Shown here one piece after another: positions 1 through 12,789 of a stretch of 64,000 nucleotides of DNA (position 1 is the stretch's first letter; each line of letters starts with the position of its first letter). A program made the position numbers and the translations under genes. Source of the stretch: Lama glama (Eukaryota); the NCBI GenBank assembly GCA_028534125.1, contig CM052817.1:23128001-23192000 (forward strand), written 5' to 3'. The notes beneath the pieces are model-generated. The model had not been told where the DNA came from, did not search any database, and was given only the letters and a program-made list of their open reading frames with translations.

Positions 1-129
1 TATCTCATTGTTGCCACTGACAAAAACAAGTCACATTTCCCTTATTCCTTTAACAAAAGTATTAGTTATCCTAGTAATTCTATGCTGGAAATCTTGACAC
101 AGTCCTAGAATTTTCCTTCTTATTGTTAT

Positions 130-330
130 AAACATTTGTTCTAAGTGCCAGGATATGTCATTGAGAAAATAGACAAATTCATGCTCTCATGGAACTTATA
201 TTTTAGTGGAGAAAAAGAGAAGAAAATGAAAAATACTTAAGAAACAATATACTAGGTAGAAAGTGATTATTGTTAAAGAGAAATATAAAGCAGAGAAGTC
301 TAGAGGAAGTGTCAGCTTTACTGAGGATAG
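130..330 (-). mobile_element. L2 LINE 3' fragment (ancient)
   Basis: 'ttctaagtgccaggatat...agacaaattcatgctctcatggaacttatattttagtggag' resembles the antisense L2 3' end. Confidence 0.55.
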
Positions 331-699
331 AGTCAAATGTAAGAACAAAGTGGCTGCATGTTGGATTTAGGCAGAAGGACCATGAAAAATATTATAGGCA
401 GCTTTGATTGCTAATGTATACAGGAGAATTCATATTACCCACCACAATACCAAACATTTTCTTGAGAAATGTGTTATAAAAATACTAAAAATTAACTTAT
501 TTGTAGATTTTTTTTTAAATTGATAGTGTCATTCACAAAGAAATCCTAACAGTTTTTCTATGGATTATAAATGTAGGCATTTGCCATCATTAAAGTGGGA
601 TTCTAAAGATAATTACATTTTAATACTCTATGAGATCTGACTAAAGACCTTCAAAAAATGAAGATGCAAACAACAAAACAAATAGAGTGAAGCAATGAT

Positions 700-1770
700 A
701 AAATTTAGTCTTTGTTTCTGATAAAAAATATTTATCAAATTAGGAATAGGAAGGATTTTGTCATATTTAACAAAGGATATCTCTACAGAAAAGAAAAGAG
801 AAAAACAAGAAACAAAAAACCAACATATTTCATGGTGCTATTCTAGACTTTAAGATTGGAAATTAGAAGATAATGTTAATTTACTAATACTTCTGTTCAG
901 CAGTTTACTGGAAATTCTAGCCTCAGGTAAAGGACAAAGAAAATATAAGAAATAAAAGAAATAAAGCTATATTCTCAAATGATATGATTATGAATGCAGA
1001 AAATCTAGAAAAATCCACAAATAAATTCATAGAACATTTATAAGTTAGCGAGTTTATGGGAATGGCTGGATAGAAGGTCAGTGTACAAAAATTTGAATTT
1101 TTATGCATGCTAAATAACAATTAGAAAATAAAATAGGAAAATAAAATAATTTGAAATAACATCAAAAGCATTAGATACATAGGAATGAATCTACCCAGAA
1201 AAAAACGTATAGTGCCATTAAACAATATGAAAACTTAAATGTAAATGTAAATGCTTATCAATTGATAGGCTCAACATTATTAGGATAGCATTGTCCCCAA
1301 ATAAATTAAATGATTTGATACAATATGAAACAAAACCTTATGGTTTGTTTTTGTTGTTGTTATGTGTTGTTGTTGTTTTAATTTTGTTAGAATATTGACA
1401 TTCTGAAATTTGTATGGTGATTCAAAGAGCAAAGAATAGCCAAGACAATCCTGAAGACAGATAACAAGGGAGTGGAGTTATTTTATTCTCTTAAATATAA
1501 ATATTTAGTATAAAGTCATATTAATTAAAATACTGTTTTATGGGTAGTAAGATAGAAAAATAGATCAATGGCAAAGAATAATGTTTAGAACAGACCAATG
1601 CATGGGTGGACAATTGATTTTTGACAAAAATAATATAGTAAAGTACTGAGGAAAGTCTGGTCACCTAATAAATTTCAATAAATGTTACATGTAGAGAAAA
1701 AATGATGTTTAACAATCATTCCACACCATACACAAATAAACTCCAGGTCCAATATTTATGTAAATTTGAA
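700..1770 (+). mobile_element. Old L1 (L1M-type) ORF2 fragment, RT to C-terminal region
   Basis: 'ttctcaaatgatatgatt' reads FSNDMI (degenerate FADDMI RT motif). 'aagaatagccaagacaatcctgaag' and 'acaattgatttttgacaaa' are ORF2-like. Many stops. Confidence 0.8.
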
Positions 1771-2640
1771 CATGCAATGGAGAAAAGATAGTCTCTATAA
1801 ATAATGCTGGAAAAACTGGACAGCCACTTGAAATAAAATGAAAATAGATCACTCTCACACAATGCACAAAAATCAATTCAAAATGGATTAAAGACTTGAG
1901 TGTAAGATCAGAAACTATGAAACTCCTGTAAGAAAACATGGGCAGTATGCTCTTTGACATCTGTCTTAGCAATGTCTTTCTGGATATGTCTCCCCAGGCA
2001 AGGGAAATAAAATTAAAAATCAACAAATGGGACTACATCAAACTAAAAAGTTTTGGCACAGCAAAGGAAACCATCAATAAAATGAAAAGGCAACCTATAC
2101 ACTGGAAGAAGATATTTGCAAAACAAATATCTAATGAGTTAATATCCAAAATGTATTCGGAACTCGCACAACTTGAAAGCAAAGCAAACAACAGGAATAA
2201 TGAACGAGCAGAGGATCTGAATGTTTACAAAGAAGACATACAAAAGGTCAACAAATATGTCAAAAGGTACTCAACATCACTCATCATCAGGGAAATACAG
2301 ATCAAAACCATGGTGAGATATCATCTTGCACCTATTACAATAGCTATTATCAAAAGGATGAAAGATAAGTGTCAGTGAGGATGTGGAGAAAAAACCCTTG
2401 AACACTGTTAATGGGAATATAAATCAGCATAACTATTATGGAAAATAGTATGAAAGTTCCTCAAAGAATTAAAAATTGAATTACCACGTGGATTCCACTC
2501 CTGAATGCATACCCAAAGGAAATGAAACTGTATCTCAAAAACATGTCTACACTCTCTTGTTCATTACAGCATTATTCAGAATAGCCAAGGTATGGAAACA
2601 AACTGTGGCCATTGATGGATGAATGGATAACGAGATTGTG

Positions 2641-2692
2641 GTATATATGTCTGTGTGTGTATGTCTGTGTGTGTATGTATGTGTGTGTGTAT

Positions 2693-2735
<43 letters not shown>

Positions 2736-2738
2736 TAT
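2641..2738. repeat. Compound microsatellite (TG-rich + (ATTT)11) inside the L1 3'UTR
   Basis: Read directly from sequence. Confidence 0.95.
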
Positions 2739-3144
2739 AATGGGATATTATTCAGCATTTAAAAAGGAGATCCTGCCATTTGCAACAACCTGATAAGCCT
2801 GGAGGGCATGATGCTAAGTAAGAGAAGCCAGACACAGAAAGAAAAATACTGAATGATCTCTTTTTCATGCAGACTCTAAAAAAATTGAATACATAGAAGC
2901 AGAGAGTAAAACAGTGGTTACCAGAAGTAGGGAAGTTGATCAACGGATACAAACCTACAGTTACGCAGGATTAATAATTCTAGAGATCCTAACATAAAGC
3001 ATGATGACTGCAGTTAATAATACTATGTTGAATACTGGAAATTTACTGAGAGTGAATTTCAAGTGCTGTCACGACACACAAAAATGATAGCTATGTGAGG
3101 AGATGGGTATGTTGATTATCTTGACTATAGTAATCATTTCACTA

Positions 3145-3191
<47 letters not shown>
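3145..3191. repeat. (TG)n(TA)n microsatellite
   Basis: Read directly from sequence. Confidence 0.95.
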
Positions 3192-3194
<3 letters not shown>

Positions 3195-3959
3195 CACCAT
3201 GTTGTATACCTTAAAGACGTATATTTTTTATTTATACATTTCAGGAAAAAAAATAAATTAAAAAAAAAAAAAGAAATGTAACCTAGGAGTCATATGTTGA
3301 ATGGATTAGTGAAAGTCACTTCACATTTCATGATTTGTTTTTAAGTGCCTAATACATCTATTACTATCCCATATCATTTCATGGCCATGTACTTTTAATT
3401 GTTTTAGATATACATAATCTGAGAAAACAGAACAGAACAAAATAAGAAGATACCTAAATAAAAAGAAGAGGGAAATCATATCTAGTTATCTAGTTAGTTG
3501 CAATGCCTATTGCTTCTCTTTTTCATTTTTTTCATAGTAGTATTAATTTTGCTGATTTCAATAAATAGTACAAATGTGCATGAGGTAGACAATGGAAAAT
3601 TAAATGAATTCTTTAGAGCCCATATTTTTAAAGAAATGATAATGGTAGAAGGGATTATATAGAAGTGATTTAGAATATTTTGCCAATTTATGTTAGTAGT
3701 TTTATCGATGTCCTCTCCTAGAGGAAAATGGAAAATTAACCAAATGTTCTCCCACAGAGAACAGTAAGAAACTTGTTCGTTACTCTACATTTTAACAACA
3801 TCTATGACTTTCTGTCCAGACTTCATGAACCAAGCAATTTCTGAGTGATTCTACAAAGTTGTTGGCAGGTCATGCAAGAGAAGAAACAGAGATCATTGTT
3901 TATTAAGGATGAACTTCTTTTTGCAAAGTCCTGCATCTTTATCTTAGTTAACCTTCTCA

Positions 3960-4120
3960 CCAATCTTTCTTGCAAGGTAAATTTGTCATTCCCACTCTAT
4001 GAATAGACAGGTTGTATTATCTGCCTAAGTTCAAGCTGAAAATGTATAGCAGAGCCTGCAATTGAACCCAAGCTTACATGATTCTGTATTGAAAGCCCTT
4101 TCTGCTCTGCCACACAGCTA
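3960..4120 (-). mobile_element. MIR SINE
   Basis: 'ctgcctaagttcaagctg...gcagagcctgcaattgaacccaag' matches the antisense MIR core. Confidence 0.6.
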
Positions 4121-4660
4121 GTTAAATAATATGTAGAAATTAAATGATGTCAAGTGTAGGAGAAAGCGAGCAGGAGGAACTTTCAGATACTTTACCCTCT
4201 TGTGGAATAATGGGCTGGCCTTGAAGGAAAGTACAATTTTAAACTTGATTTGGAAGAAAATGATTATTGAAAGTTAAACATTAAAACATTAAAATATTCT
4301 CTAGGGCATTCATCTAGATTATGTATTTATACATGTAATAGAAGTTTGATAGATGATTAATAGGCATTTTCAAGGTAAGGAGATTTAGTCTTACAAGAAA
4401 ATCATTGATTAGTGCTTAATTGTTTTTTAGGAAATTCAAATTTGCTTTCTAAGATTTTTGTCAACATTTAACAAGAAAATGTTTTAAAGGAAAATTTAAA
4501 GAAAGAGAAAGCAACTGTAATTGCATCAATGTGTGTTTTAACATCAGGGTTCCTTTTAGACCTCAAATAATTATGTCCCCTATGCTATAGATGCACAGAA
4601 GCATCTCTTCTCTCAAGCAAAATGTGTAGGTCAATATAATTCAATGATTAAAAACTTACA

Positions 4661-5859
4661 TGTTGTTAAATAAAATCAAATCTGAACTTAGTATTAAGAG
4701 ACTTTCTTGAAAAGGACTATTCCAATGAGGGGAAAGAGACTGTTGCAAAAGGAAGACTTTCAAGAACCTCAAAGTGCAGGCAGCAAGGATTGTATATTAT
4801 AGGGAAGGGCAAATAAGGCTAGAAAGAATGGATATAGGTGTTAGAGGAGGCAGGTAGCTGGATGTGAGCAGAGAAAGGGGGGCATGGGGCAAATGGTAGG
4901 AAACCATGCATCTTGTGAACAGCTGGGGTCCTTGGGCAGACAGAAAAGCAGGAACCTCCGGCTGATGAGAAATCCTACATTTTGGGGATGACAGGTGTCC
5001 TTTAGGCAGGCAAAGAAAAGTGGGAAAAGGCAGGAATCTCTAGCATCCAAACGTACACTTTTTTCATTATGCCCTCATTACAATAAAATTAGAAGTATCC
5101 ATCTTGCATCAAAGCCATGACACTTCCGATCCAGACTAAATAAGGACAGAATCCCTCCTTCTTTCATGAAGATGGAGCTGGGATGATAATCAGGGAATAC
5201 GACCCCAAGTCCCTCCCTCCCCAATGAATATTCCGCCCATTCATTTTTACATTCTGTGTAACCAGCTTGCGAAAGAAACTCAGGGCAGCTGCTCACCTCA
5301 GTCTACCTGCTCTCCCCTTGAGAGTGTACTATCATGTATCACTTAATAAATCCTCACTTAACTTTCTTGACCCCTGTGTCTCGTCTTTCTGTAATGAGAC
5401 AAGAACCTAATCTCCAGCAACATAGGGTGTGGGAGACATGACTAGAGGACCAGTCGTCAGGGAATGATTTTCCTTGTGTTCAGCAGGTTCTCAGGAGAGA
5501 CCATTAAGGAGGGATTGTATGCTGAGGTGAGTCAAAATTCAGGACCTGGAGAAAGAGAAAAAGCTTAACTAAAGTTTGGTCAAGTTAGTTAACAATCACT
5601 TTTTTTACTATTCATCAATGGGAACCAGCAATTCCACTAATCCTTTACAAAGAAGCAAAGAATGGGTATTTGGAGAGTCTGTGTCTGTCCTTTTCATATG
5701 TAAATAAGGGGGATATCCATGAGTCTTATGGAGACTCTGAGGGAGAAAGGGGGAAGAATGGTTCTTTGCAGTAAGACGTTTCCTGAACAAAAAAAGAGGG
5801 CATTTTTAGCCTTGGCTGATCCCAGGAGCAGAACTCAAGTTAACAGCTTTATGATATCA
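4661..5859 (-). mobile_element. Older ERV1-like LTR, split by a younger LTR
   Basis: Begins TGTTGTTAAATAAAATC. 'agagactttcttgaaaaggactattccaatgagggg' is typical of antisense MER4-group-like LTRs. Sequence resumes after 5426. Right end uncertain. Confidence 0.55.
4839..5422 (+). mobile_element. Solo LTR (ERV1-like), 584 bp
   Basis: TGTT...AACA termini, AATAAA near 5345, perfect 4-bp TSD TAGG at 4835-4838 and 5423-5426. Confidence 0.9.
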
Positions 5860-5967
5860 ATGTGAATCATTTTTCCCTTGTGCGATTTTTCACAAAATAC
5901 AGTCAAAACCTCTAGCCAACTCACAACATACTTGCAAACAATTAAGAAGTAAAAATAATATAAGCTC

Positions 5968-6289
5968 TTTTAAATCAATTAAACAAGGAGGCCATTAGAC
6001 TGAGGTGGCTCTGATGACTGGCAGCCTATGTGAGCAAACCAGAATCTAAGCGAGTTAAGTGTCTTGAGCTTTTGAAATTGAAATCAAGGGACAACCAGTA
6101 ATAAACAGCCAAGTAGGCTTTAAGCTATGGTTCATCAATAATGTCCTTACGTGGCTTCTACCATTTCTGTAATAGTCTTTCCCGGCTCCTGTCGGGGTAG
6201 TGCTCCTAACCACTTCCTATTTGGTACTTCAGATTGCTTTTTACTCAAGTAAACATAAAAAAATTAATGTCTTAGTTTATCTTTTAATA
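5968..6289 (+). mobile_element. Solo LTR (MER4-group/ERV1-like), 322 bp
   Basis: 'ggaggccattagactgaggtggctct' LTR start motif, decayed termini (TTTTAA...TTAATA), 4-bp TSD GCTC at 5964-5967 and 6290-6293. Confidence 0.8.
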
Positions 6290-6679
6290 GCTCAAATCTT
6301 GAGCATCTTTTCAGGTCCAACACACTTAATCCTCCAACTACTGAGAAGTCTTAACTGTCAAGATTTGTTCCTAAGTCGGAGTGTTCAGGACAAATCACTC
6401 TGTATCCTTAGGCCATATATTTGTGTCATGCTGTCCAAAGACTTGCTTTCTGAGGGTAGAGAGAAGGCTTTTGGCCAAATATTTTAGGTACTCAAACAAA
6501 TGACAATTTAATTAGTTTTAGAAATGTTTATAAATCTTGCTTATTTACTGATCTGAGATAAGCTTTTATTCAATTAGTTTGAATTGCACCACTTGACCAC
6601 ACTATAAAGATGTCTGTATCACAGGATTGTTTGAGAGCAATTAACCAGTCAAGTTAAATAGGCTGTCTAAAAAGTTAAT

Positions 6680-7595
6680 GGAGAGAAGAGGCAAGATGGC
6701 GGAGTAGAAGGACGCTCGTAAGTCACCCTCTCCCACAAATACACCAAGACCCACATCTACAGACCCACTCAGCCAACCAGAGCACCTGCGGAACTCCGAC
6801 AGATCATCGCCCTCTTCAAAAGATAAAGACGCCAAAAATCTGGTAGGAGAAAAAGAAAAAAGAAAAAAGAAAGAACAAAAGGCAAAGCAGCGCGGGACGG
6901 GTCCCGCGGGGAGGGAGCGGCAAAGGAGGACTGGCGCTCGCTCGCTGGGTCTCCCCTCTCCAACTGAGAGGCCAACGGGATGGAGGGGGAGCCTCCAAGG
7001 CTCTGATCTGTACAGAGCAGCCCTTGACTGACAGAGCTAAGTTAAACAGGCACAGAGCATCCCGCCGACACCCAGCCTGAGACGCGGGCCGGCAGCGGCG
7101 GGCAGGGCCAGGCTGCACAAGCCGGGCTGAGGGCGGGGGCGGCTGCACGGAGGCAGCCCCGGGGGACTGCAAGGGGCTGGGCGCCGTGGTTGTGGGTGTA
7201 CAGGACAGAACAACCTGGGCCCTCCATAAAACAGCAAGGTTGATGTGCCCTGGGGGGAAGGGTGCATACCCCCATCTCTGAAAACCCACGGAAACTTTTC
7301 AGGGGAAGAGAGGCGGGGCCCAGGCACAGCCTCCATATTCTCCGGCGCTGAGCACCCAGGCGGGGGCAGTGGCGAAACCTGCATCCTCACCGAAGGGCTT
7401 AGCAGCCTCAAGGGCCAGACTGAGACGGGCCTACAGCCGGGGGCAGATAGGATCCTTCCATCCTGGTCCCTCAGAGAACTTGCTCCACAAAGACAAACAA
7501 GGAGCTGGGTCTTGGCTCTGAGCAGGGACGAGGCTGCCCCTCGGTCTTCCCCGAGCCCACCCGCGGAGCACGCAGCCACACAGAGCAGCGGAGCT
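6680..7595 (+). mobile_element. Young L1 5'UTR (internal promoter), running into the assembly gap
   Basis: Starts GGAGAGAAGAGG-CAAGATGGCGG (YY1 motif near the 5' end, as in L1 promoters). GC- and CpG-rich. Preceded by the EN-like site ct/aaaaag. Confidence 0.85.
6692..6702 (+). promoter_or_regulatory. YY1 site of the L1 promoter
   Basis: CAAGATGGCGG matches the YY1 consensus at the expected L1 5' position. Confidence 0.75.
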
Positions 7596-8095
7596 NNNNN
7601 NNNNNNNNNNNNNNNNNNNNNNNNNNNNNNNNNNNNNNNNNNNNNNNNNNNNNNNNNNNNNNNNNNNNNNNNNNNNNNNNNNNNNNNNNNNNNNNNNNNN
7701 NNNNNNNNNNNNNNNNNNNNNNNNNNNNNNNNNNNNNNNNNNNNNNNNNNNNNNNNNNNNNNNNNNNNNNNNNNNNNNNNNNNNNNNNNNNNNNNNNNNN
7801 NNNNNNNNNNNNNNNNNNNNNNNNNNNNNNNNNNNNNNNNNNNNNNNNNNNNNNNNNNNNNNNNNNNNNNNNNNNNNNNNNNNNNNNNNNNNNNNNNNNN
7901 NNNNNNNNNNNNNNNNNNNNNNNNNNNNNNNNNNNNNNNNNNNNNNNNNNNNNNNNNNNNNNNNNNNNNNNNNNNNNNNNNNNNNNNNNNNNNNNNNNNN
8001 NNNNNNNNNNNNNNNNNNNNNNNNNNNNNNNNNNNNNNNNNNNNNNNNNNNNNNNNNNNNNNNNNNNNNNNNNNNNNNNNNNNNNNNNNNNNNNN
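7596..8095. other. Assembly gap (500 N, probably a placeholder length)
   Basis: Exactly 500 N. Confidence 1.
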
Positions 8096-8199
8096 AAATT
8101 TAAATCAACTGTCATTTACAATAATAAGTTAGGATCGCACACAAAGTTCTGAAACTTAGATGGCTAATAAAATTAGTAATAAGCAATTTGCATTAGCTT

Positions 8200-9005
8200 T
8201 CTCACTTAAATTTCATCATAGTTTTATTTAACAAATGAAGGAAACAGGATTTCAGGGAGCTCATATAACCAATCAAAATAACATAGGAAAAAGAAAGCTT
8301 AGAATTTAAATCAAGAATGGTCTGACCATAAAAGTTAGGCTCTTATCTGTGAAACTTAGATTCTGTGTCCATCATCACTAACCGGTTTTTCACTATCCCA
8401 GGAGATCAACAGAAAAAGACTATGGATAACAAAATTCTATCAAAATTCTATCACAGCAGTTATTAATTTGTCCTTATAGCCACCAAAGTATTACCTTCCC
8501 ATTGTATAGGTAAAAAAAAAAAGATTAAATAAGCATAAGTGCTTACTCAACAACATATAAAATAGTAAATAACTGATTCTAGACAGGGACCTCATCTTCT
8601 AACATGTAAGTTAATGTATTACCACAGCACTAATCTAAAGTTATACTTGCCTTAAGCATGGCTTATCTGAATTTTTTTGAAAGATTGTTTTTCAAAAATA
8701 TTTCTTCTGTACATTATTTCCTGCTTCTTCAGAAAGCTTTCAGTAGATGGAAACACTGTCCACAATTCATTAACTTAACAGAAAATAACCAATTACTTAT
8801 TAAGTGCAACGTACTTGATATAACTTTTACCATGTAATCACAAGTGTAAACCCATGATGCAGGTAATATGTTATCCAATTGTATTGCTCAGAACACTGAG
8901 GCTCAGAAGGTTTGTGCAAAATATTCATTACCCACAGTTAAAAGTAATCAATTAGATATTTAAACTATTTCTTTTGAACGTTAAAGCAGAAACACTTACA
9001 CTATG
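8200..9005 (-). mobile_element. Cluster of MIR fragments
   Basis: 'acaaatgaaggaaacagg', 'cccattgtataggtaaaaaa' and 'cagaacactgaggctcagaagg' are MIR-core-like. Confidence 0.55.
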
Positions 9006-10431
9006 TTCCAGGGAAGACTGCAGGTAGGAAGACTAATCAGGAGATTGTTGATGCAGTTCAGGTGACAGGAGAGAGTCTTCTGAACAAGGACATTCGTCAT
9101 AAGTAACCAAGAGCCCAAATAATGTTCAGGACATAAAGGCACAAAAATTTGCAAAATGGATGTGAGGATTTAGGGACAGACAACAGTAAGAGTTTTGTTA
9201 GATGTGAAACTGACTGGATGGTAGTGTTGACAGTATATAGAGTATGAAACAAGAATAAAAATCTATAAAGGAAATTTCATATTTTCATAGTTTAAGTTGG
9301 GGATTCCAGAGTGAGAGTGTTTCCATAATCATGGAGGTGATCTAGGATGAAAATAGAAATGTGCGAATTATTAGCACATAGTCATTAGATTATAGCATGT
9401 GTTTAGTTGAGATCACCTAGGGAGATGATAGAATGAAAAATCATTTGACTTTGGATGGCATTCTATAAAAAAAAAAAAATGTAGTAAGCCAAGATGTAGT
9501 ACATGTAGCAGACAAAGAAGGGTCAGTTAGAGAAAATTTTACAGTATGTTACAAGCAAGGGAAGTAGAGGTTCTCAATAAGAAGGATTGAGCACAGGTGT
9601 CAAATGAAGCAGAAAATTAAGACCTAAAAATATCCTTGGTATTTGACATGCACTTCTTCAGTAAATATGTACTGAAGATCTATGTACTATGTACTACTAA
9701 CACAGAGGTGGGGAGAAAAACAGATATGTTCTTTTTCACCATGGTAATTACAGTCTAGTGGGGAAGAAAATTATAAAATAAAAATTATTACTCTAAATCA
9801 TGATGAGTGCTTATTAGAAAAAGAAGAGTCGGGGCAGAGAGTAAGAGGATTTCCTTAATTATATTGAAAGTTAAGACAGGCTTCTCTGAGACAGTGACAT
9901 TTAAATTGAGATCTATAAAATGGCAGCTTAAAAGTGACCTTAGAGATTATATGTTCAAGGAGACCTTAGGATACATTTCAGATTGCAGTGGGTTGAAAAA
10001 TTAACGTTACGTGAAGAATTCAATTCAATTCAAAGAACAGTGAAAACAGAAGAAAAGTTAAACTTAGTAAAGGTGATCTGGAATGTCAGGAATATTTGGA
10101 GGAAGAAACTTCTAAAAGAGGGACTGTTTTCAGCTTAAGCCCTTAGTTAAAGTATGTGTTGGACGAACACCATAGAGGTTGAGTGCAGCTAGAGTATAAG
10201 ACACTAAGAAGGGATGGAGAGAGAGGAACAGTCAAGGAGGCAGTGATTCGAGGAGGAGGAGGAAATAAGGCAGGGCTTTATAAACCATTGTAAGGACCTC
10301 AGGTTATGCTCTGGGAAAATGAGGAGTCTAAAGATTTTGAGCAAAGTGGCATAATCTTACTGAAATTTAAAGACTATGTTGCATGTTATTTTGGGGATAG
10401 GCTGTAGAGGGCAAGGGTAGAGGGAGAAGAC

Positions 10432-10842
10432 CTATTTTTCATATATATATATATTATTGAAGTATAGTCAATTTACAATGTTGTGTCAATTTCTGGTGTA
10501 CAGCATAATGCTTCAGTCATACATGAACATACATGTGTTTGTTTCATATTCTTCTTCACCAGAAGTTACTATAAGATACTGAATATAGTTCCCTGTGCTA
10601 TACAGCATAAACTTGTTTATATATTTTATGTATATATATTAGTATCTGCAAATCTTGAACTCCCAGTTTATCTCTTCCCACTCTCTTCCCCTCTGGTAAT
10701 CCTAAATCTGTTTTCTATGTCTGTGAGTCTGTTGCTGTTTTGTAAATAAGTTAGTCTTTTTTTTTTTAGATTCCACATATAAGTGACATCATACGGTATT
10801 TTTCTTTCTCTTTCTGGCTTGCTTCACCTAGAATGACAATCT
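10432..10842 (-). mobile_element. Short 5'-truncated L1 3'UTR (cetartiodactyl/camelid-like) inserted in L2
   Basis: 'ttgaagtatagtcaatttacaatgttgtgtcaatttctggtgtacagcat...gaatatagttccctgtgctatacag'. TSD core GAGAAGAC at 10424-10431 and 10843-10850. Confidence 0.9.
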
Positions 10843-11960
10843 GAGAAGACTTTTTAGGAAGCTAAGTACAAGACAGCTAATAGCTTGTACTGGAACAATA
10901 ATAGTGGAGGTGATGAGAAGTGACCGTATTGTCCTTACATTTTGAAGACAGATTCAACAAAATGTTCTAATGTAGAGGATTTGAGAAACAGAAGAATTAA
11001 ATATAATTCCAAGATTTTAGACCTGAGCCATTAGGAAGATGTAGTCTCCATTAAATGAAACTTGGATTGAAGGATTAGAGTTCAGATTTAAACATATTAG
11101 GCTTAAGATATCTTATTAAACAAGACCTTTTATATACGAAACTGGAGCTTGAGAAAGAGATTTAGGCTAGAGATATAAATTTGGATGTGGTAAGCAAACA
11201 GATGTCACTTAAATGGATGAAACACGATGAAAACATTTAGGGAGAATGCTTGTCCAGAAAAGAAAACCCAGGGTGGAACCTGTGGTATCTCCCATGCCCA
11301 AGAGACCAATCAGAGTTGACTGAGATCAAGCAACTATTGAGGTAAGGGGAGAAACAGCAATGACAACAGAAAGCCAAAAGAAAGCACATCTAGGTGGAGG
11401 AGGAGATACCTCTTTGTCAGATGCTGCTTGTTAAGTCTAGTAAGATGAGGACCAAAAATAAAGCTTTAGATTCTGCCACACATAAGTCACTGATGATCTT
11501 GATGGGAGAATTTTCAATGAGGTGATGGGGGCAAAAACCTTTCCTGGAGTGATTTTAAGAGAATATTGGAGACAGGAAATTTAGGGGAAATAAAGTCTCA
11601 AGATGCTCAGAGTAATAGGACAAAAATCATCAAGCGAGGTGGAGTCAATAATATTTGTATATGTTTTTAAAGATGAGAGAAATAATGTGTTAATAAAGAT
11701 GAGAGAAATTGCTGACATCAATGACTGGAAAGGAATAGTAACAAAAAAAAATGTTGCGTGTCAGAGAATTATTAGATGAATGTCTTTGAGAAAGTCAGAG
11801 GAAGGAATCCAGTGATCAAGTGGAGGATCTGGTTTTAAAAGGACCATATATAATTTCATTTAATTTTTATAGTGGACACAGTTTACATGGTGGAAAAGTG
11901 GAGTAGAGTATGTGGAACCAAATGCTGAGAGAAAAAAGTGAATTCAGTGAGTATAGAGAC

Positions 11961-12175
11961 CAGGCTTTGCTAAACTACAGACTATGTGTCACACCAGCTC
12001 ACCATCTGGTTTTGTAAATAAAGTATTATTGGAACAAAGCTGTTCCTTTACGTATTGCCTATTGTTGCTCTCACATAATAACAGAAGACTTGAGTAGTTG
12101 TAGTAAAGACGACGTGGACTAACGCCTAAATACTTATTGTCTAGCCCTTTCCTAAAAAAAGTGTGCTAACTCCTG
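11961..12175. mobile_element. MER58A-like hAT-Charlie MITE
   Basis: CAGG...CCTG termini and 'tttgtaaataaagtattattggaaca'. 8-bp TSD GTATAGAC on the right versus GTATAGAGAC (2-nt slip) on the left. Confidence 0.85.
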
Positions 12176-12789
12176 GTATAGACTATTCTTTCTAGAAGCT
12201 GTACTTTGCTATGGGAAAATAAATTTTATACTAAGTGGGGATGATATGAGGTCCAGGGTTTTTTTTTCCTTTTGTTTGTTTTAAAGGACAAGGTATCAAG
12301 TTTATAGGGTGAAAAAAGGAAGAAGCGAGAGGAAGAAATTGAAATGATATAGAGAGAATTAATAAAAAGGAGAAAAGATAAAACTCTGGAGGAGCCCACA
12401 TAAACCAGATTTTTAAAGGAAAAACATATTTTTAAAGGACAAATGTCAGTAGCAGACAGACTTTGTTAAAACAATGAAGGAGAGGAAATCCATGCATGCC
12501 TCAGTGAGGGAACAGATTTTTCCCTCATGTCATGTGAGGTCATTTCCATTATAAATATCCAGCTGATTTTTTCCATTGATTTATGTATTGTTTCAAAGCT
12601 GAGTATTTGTTAGTGTGCTTTTTAAGGTAAAATTATATTTATGTTACCTGTTTGTGTGCATATTTGGAACAATCCTCATCTTCCAGCCTCATTTTTTGAG
12701 GAAACTAGTTCAATACATAATACCCATCAGCTTAAGATAACTTCTTTATAGGCTCAGAATAGAATTGATTAGAAATTTGAAAAGAATAA

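Larger units (their letters stand above)
1772..3272 (+). mobile_element. 5'-truncated L1 (ORF2 C-terminus, 3'UTR, A-tail)
   Basis: ORF 1938-2378 (INKWDYIKLKSFGTAKETINKMKRQP...SLIIREIQIKTMVRYHL) is the L1 ORF2p C-terminus. L1 3'UTR follows, then aataaa and an A-tail at 3246-3272. Confidence 0.95.
9010..12400 (-). mobile_element. Stacked L2 fragments, interrupted by L1 and MER58
   Basis: L2-like tracts such as 'ggcttctctgagacagtgacatttaaattgag', 'agattttagacctgagcc', 'ctagagatataaatttgga' and 'gtcagatgctgct...taagatgaggac'. Confidence 0.75.

Noticed and set aside
1938..2378. 146-aa ORF as a host gene
   Set aside because: It is the L1 ORF2p C-terminus of a truncated element.
6641..7579. Several overlapping minus-strand ORFs
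   Set aside because: GC-rich L1 5'UTR has few stops, and I recognise no protein similarity. An ORF0-like antisense product cannot be supported.
7245..8132. 295-aa and 214-aa ORFs
   Set aside because: Artifacts of translating through 500 N. The remainder is L1 5'UTR.
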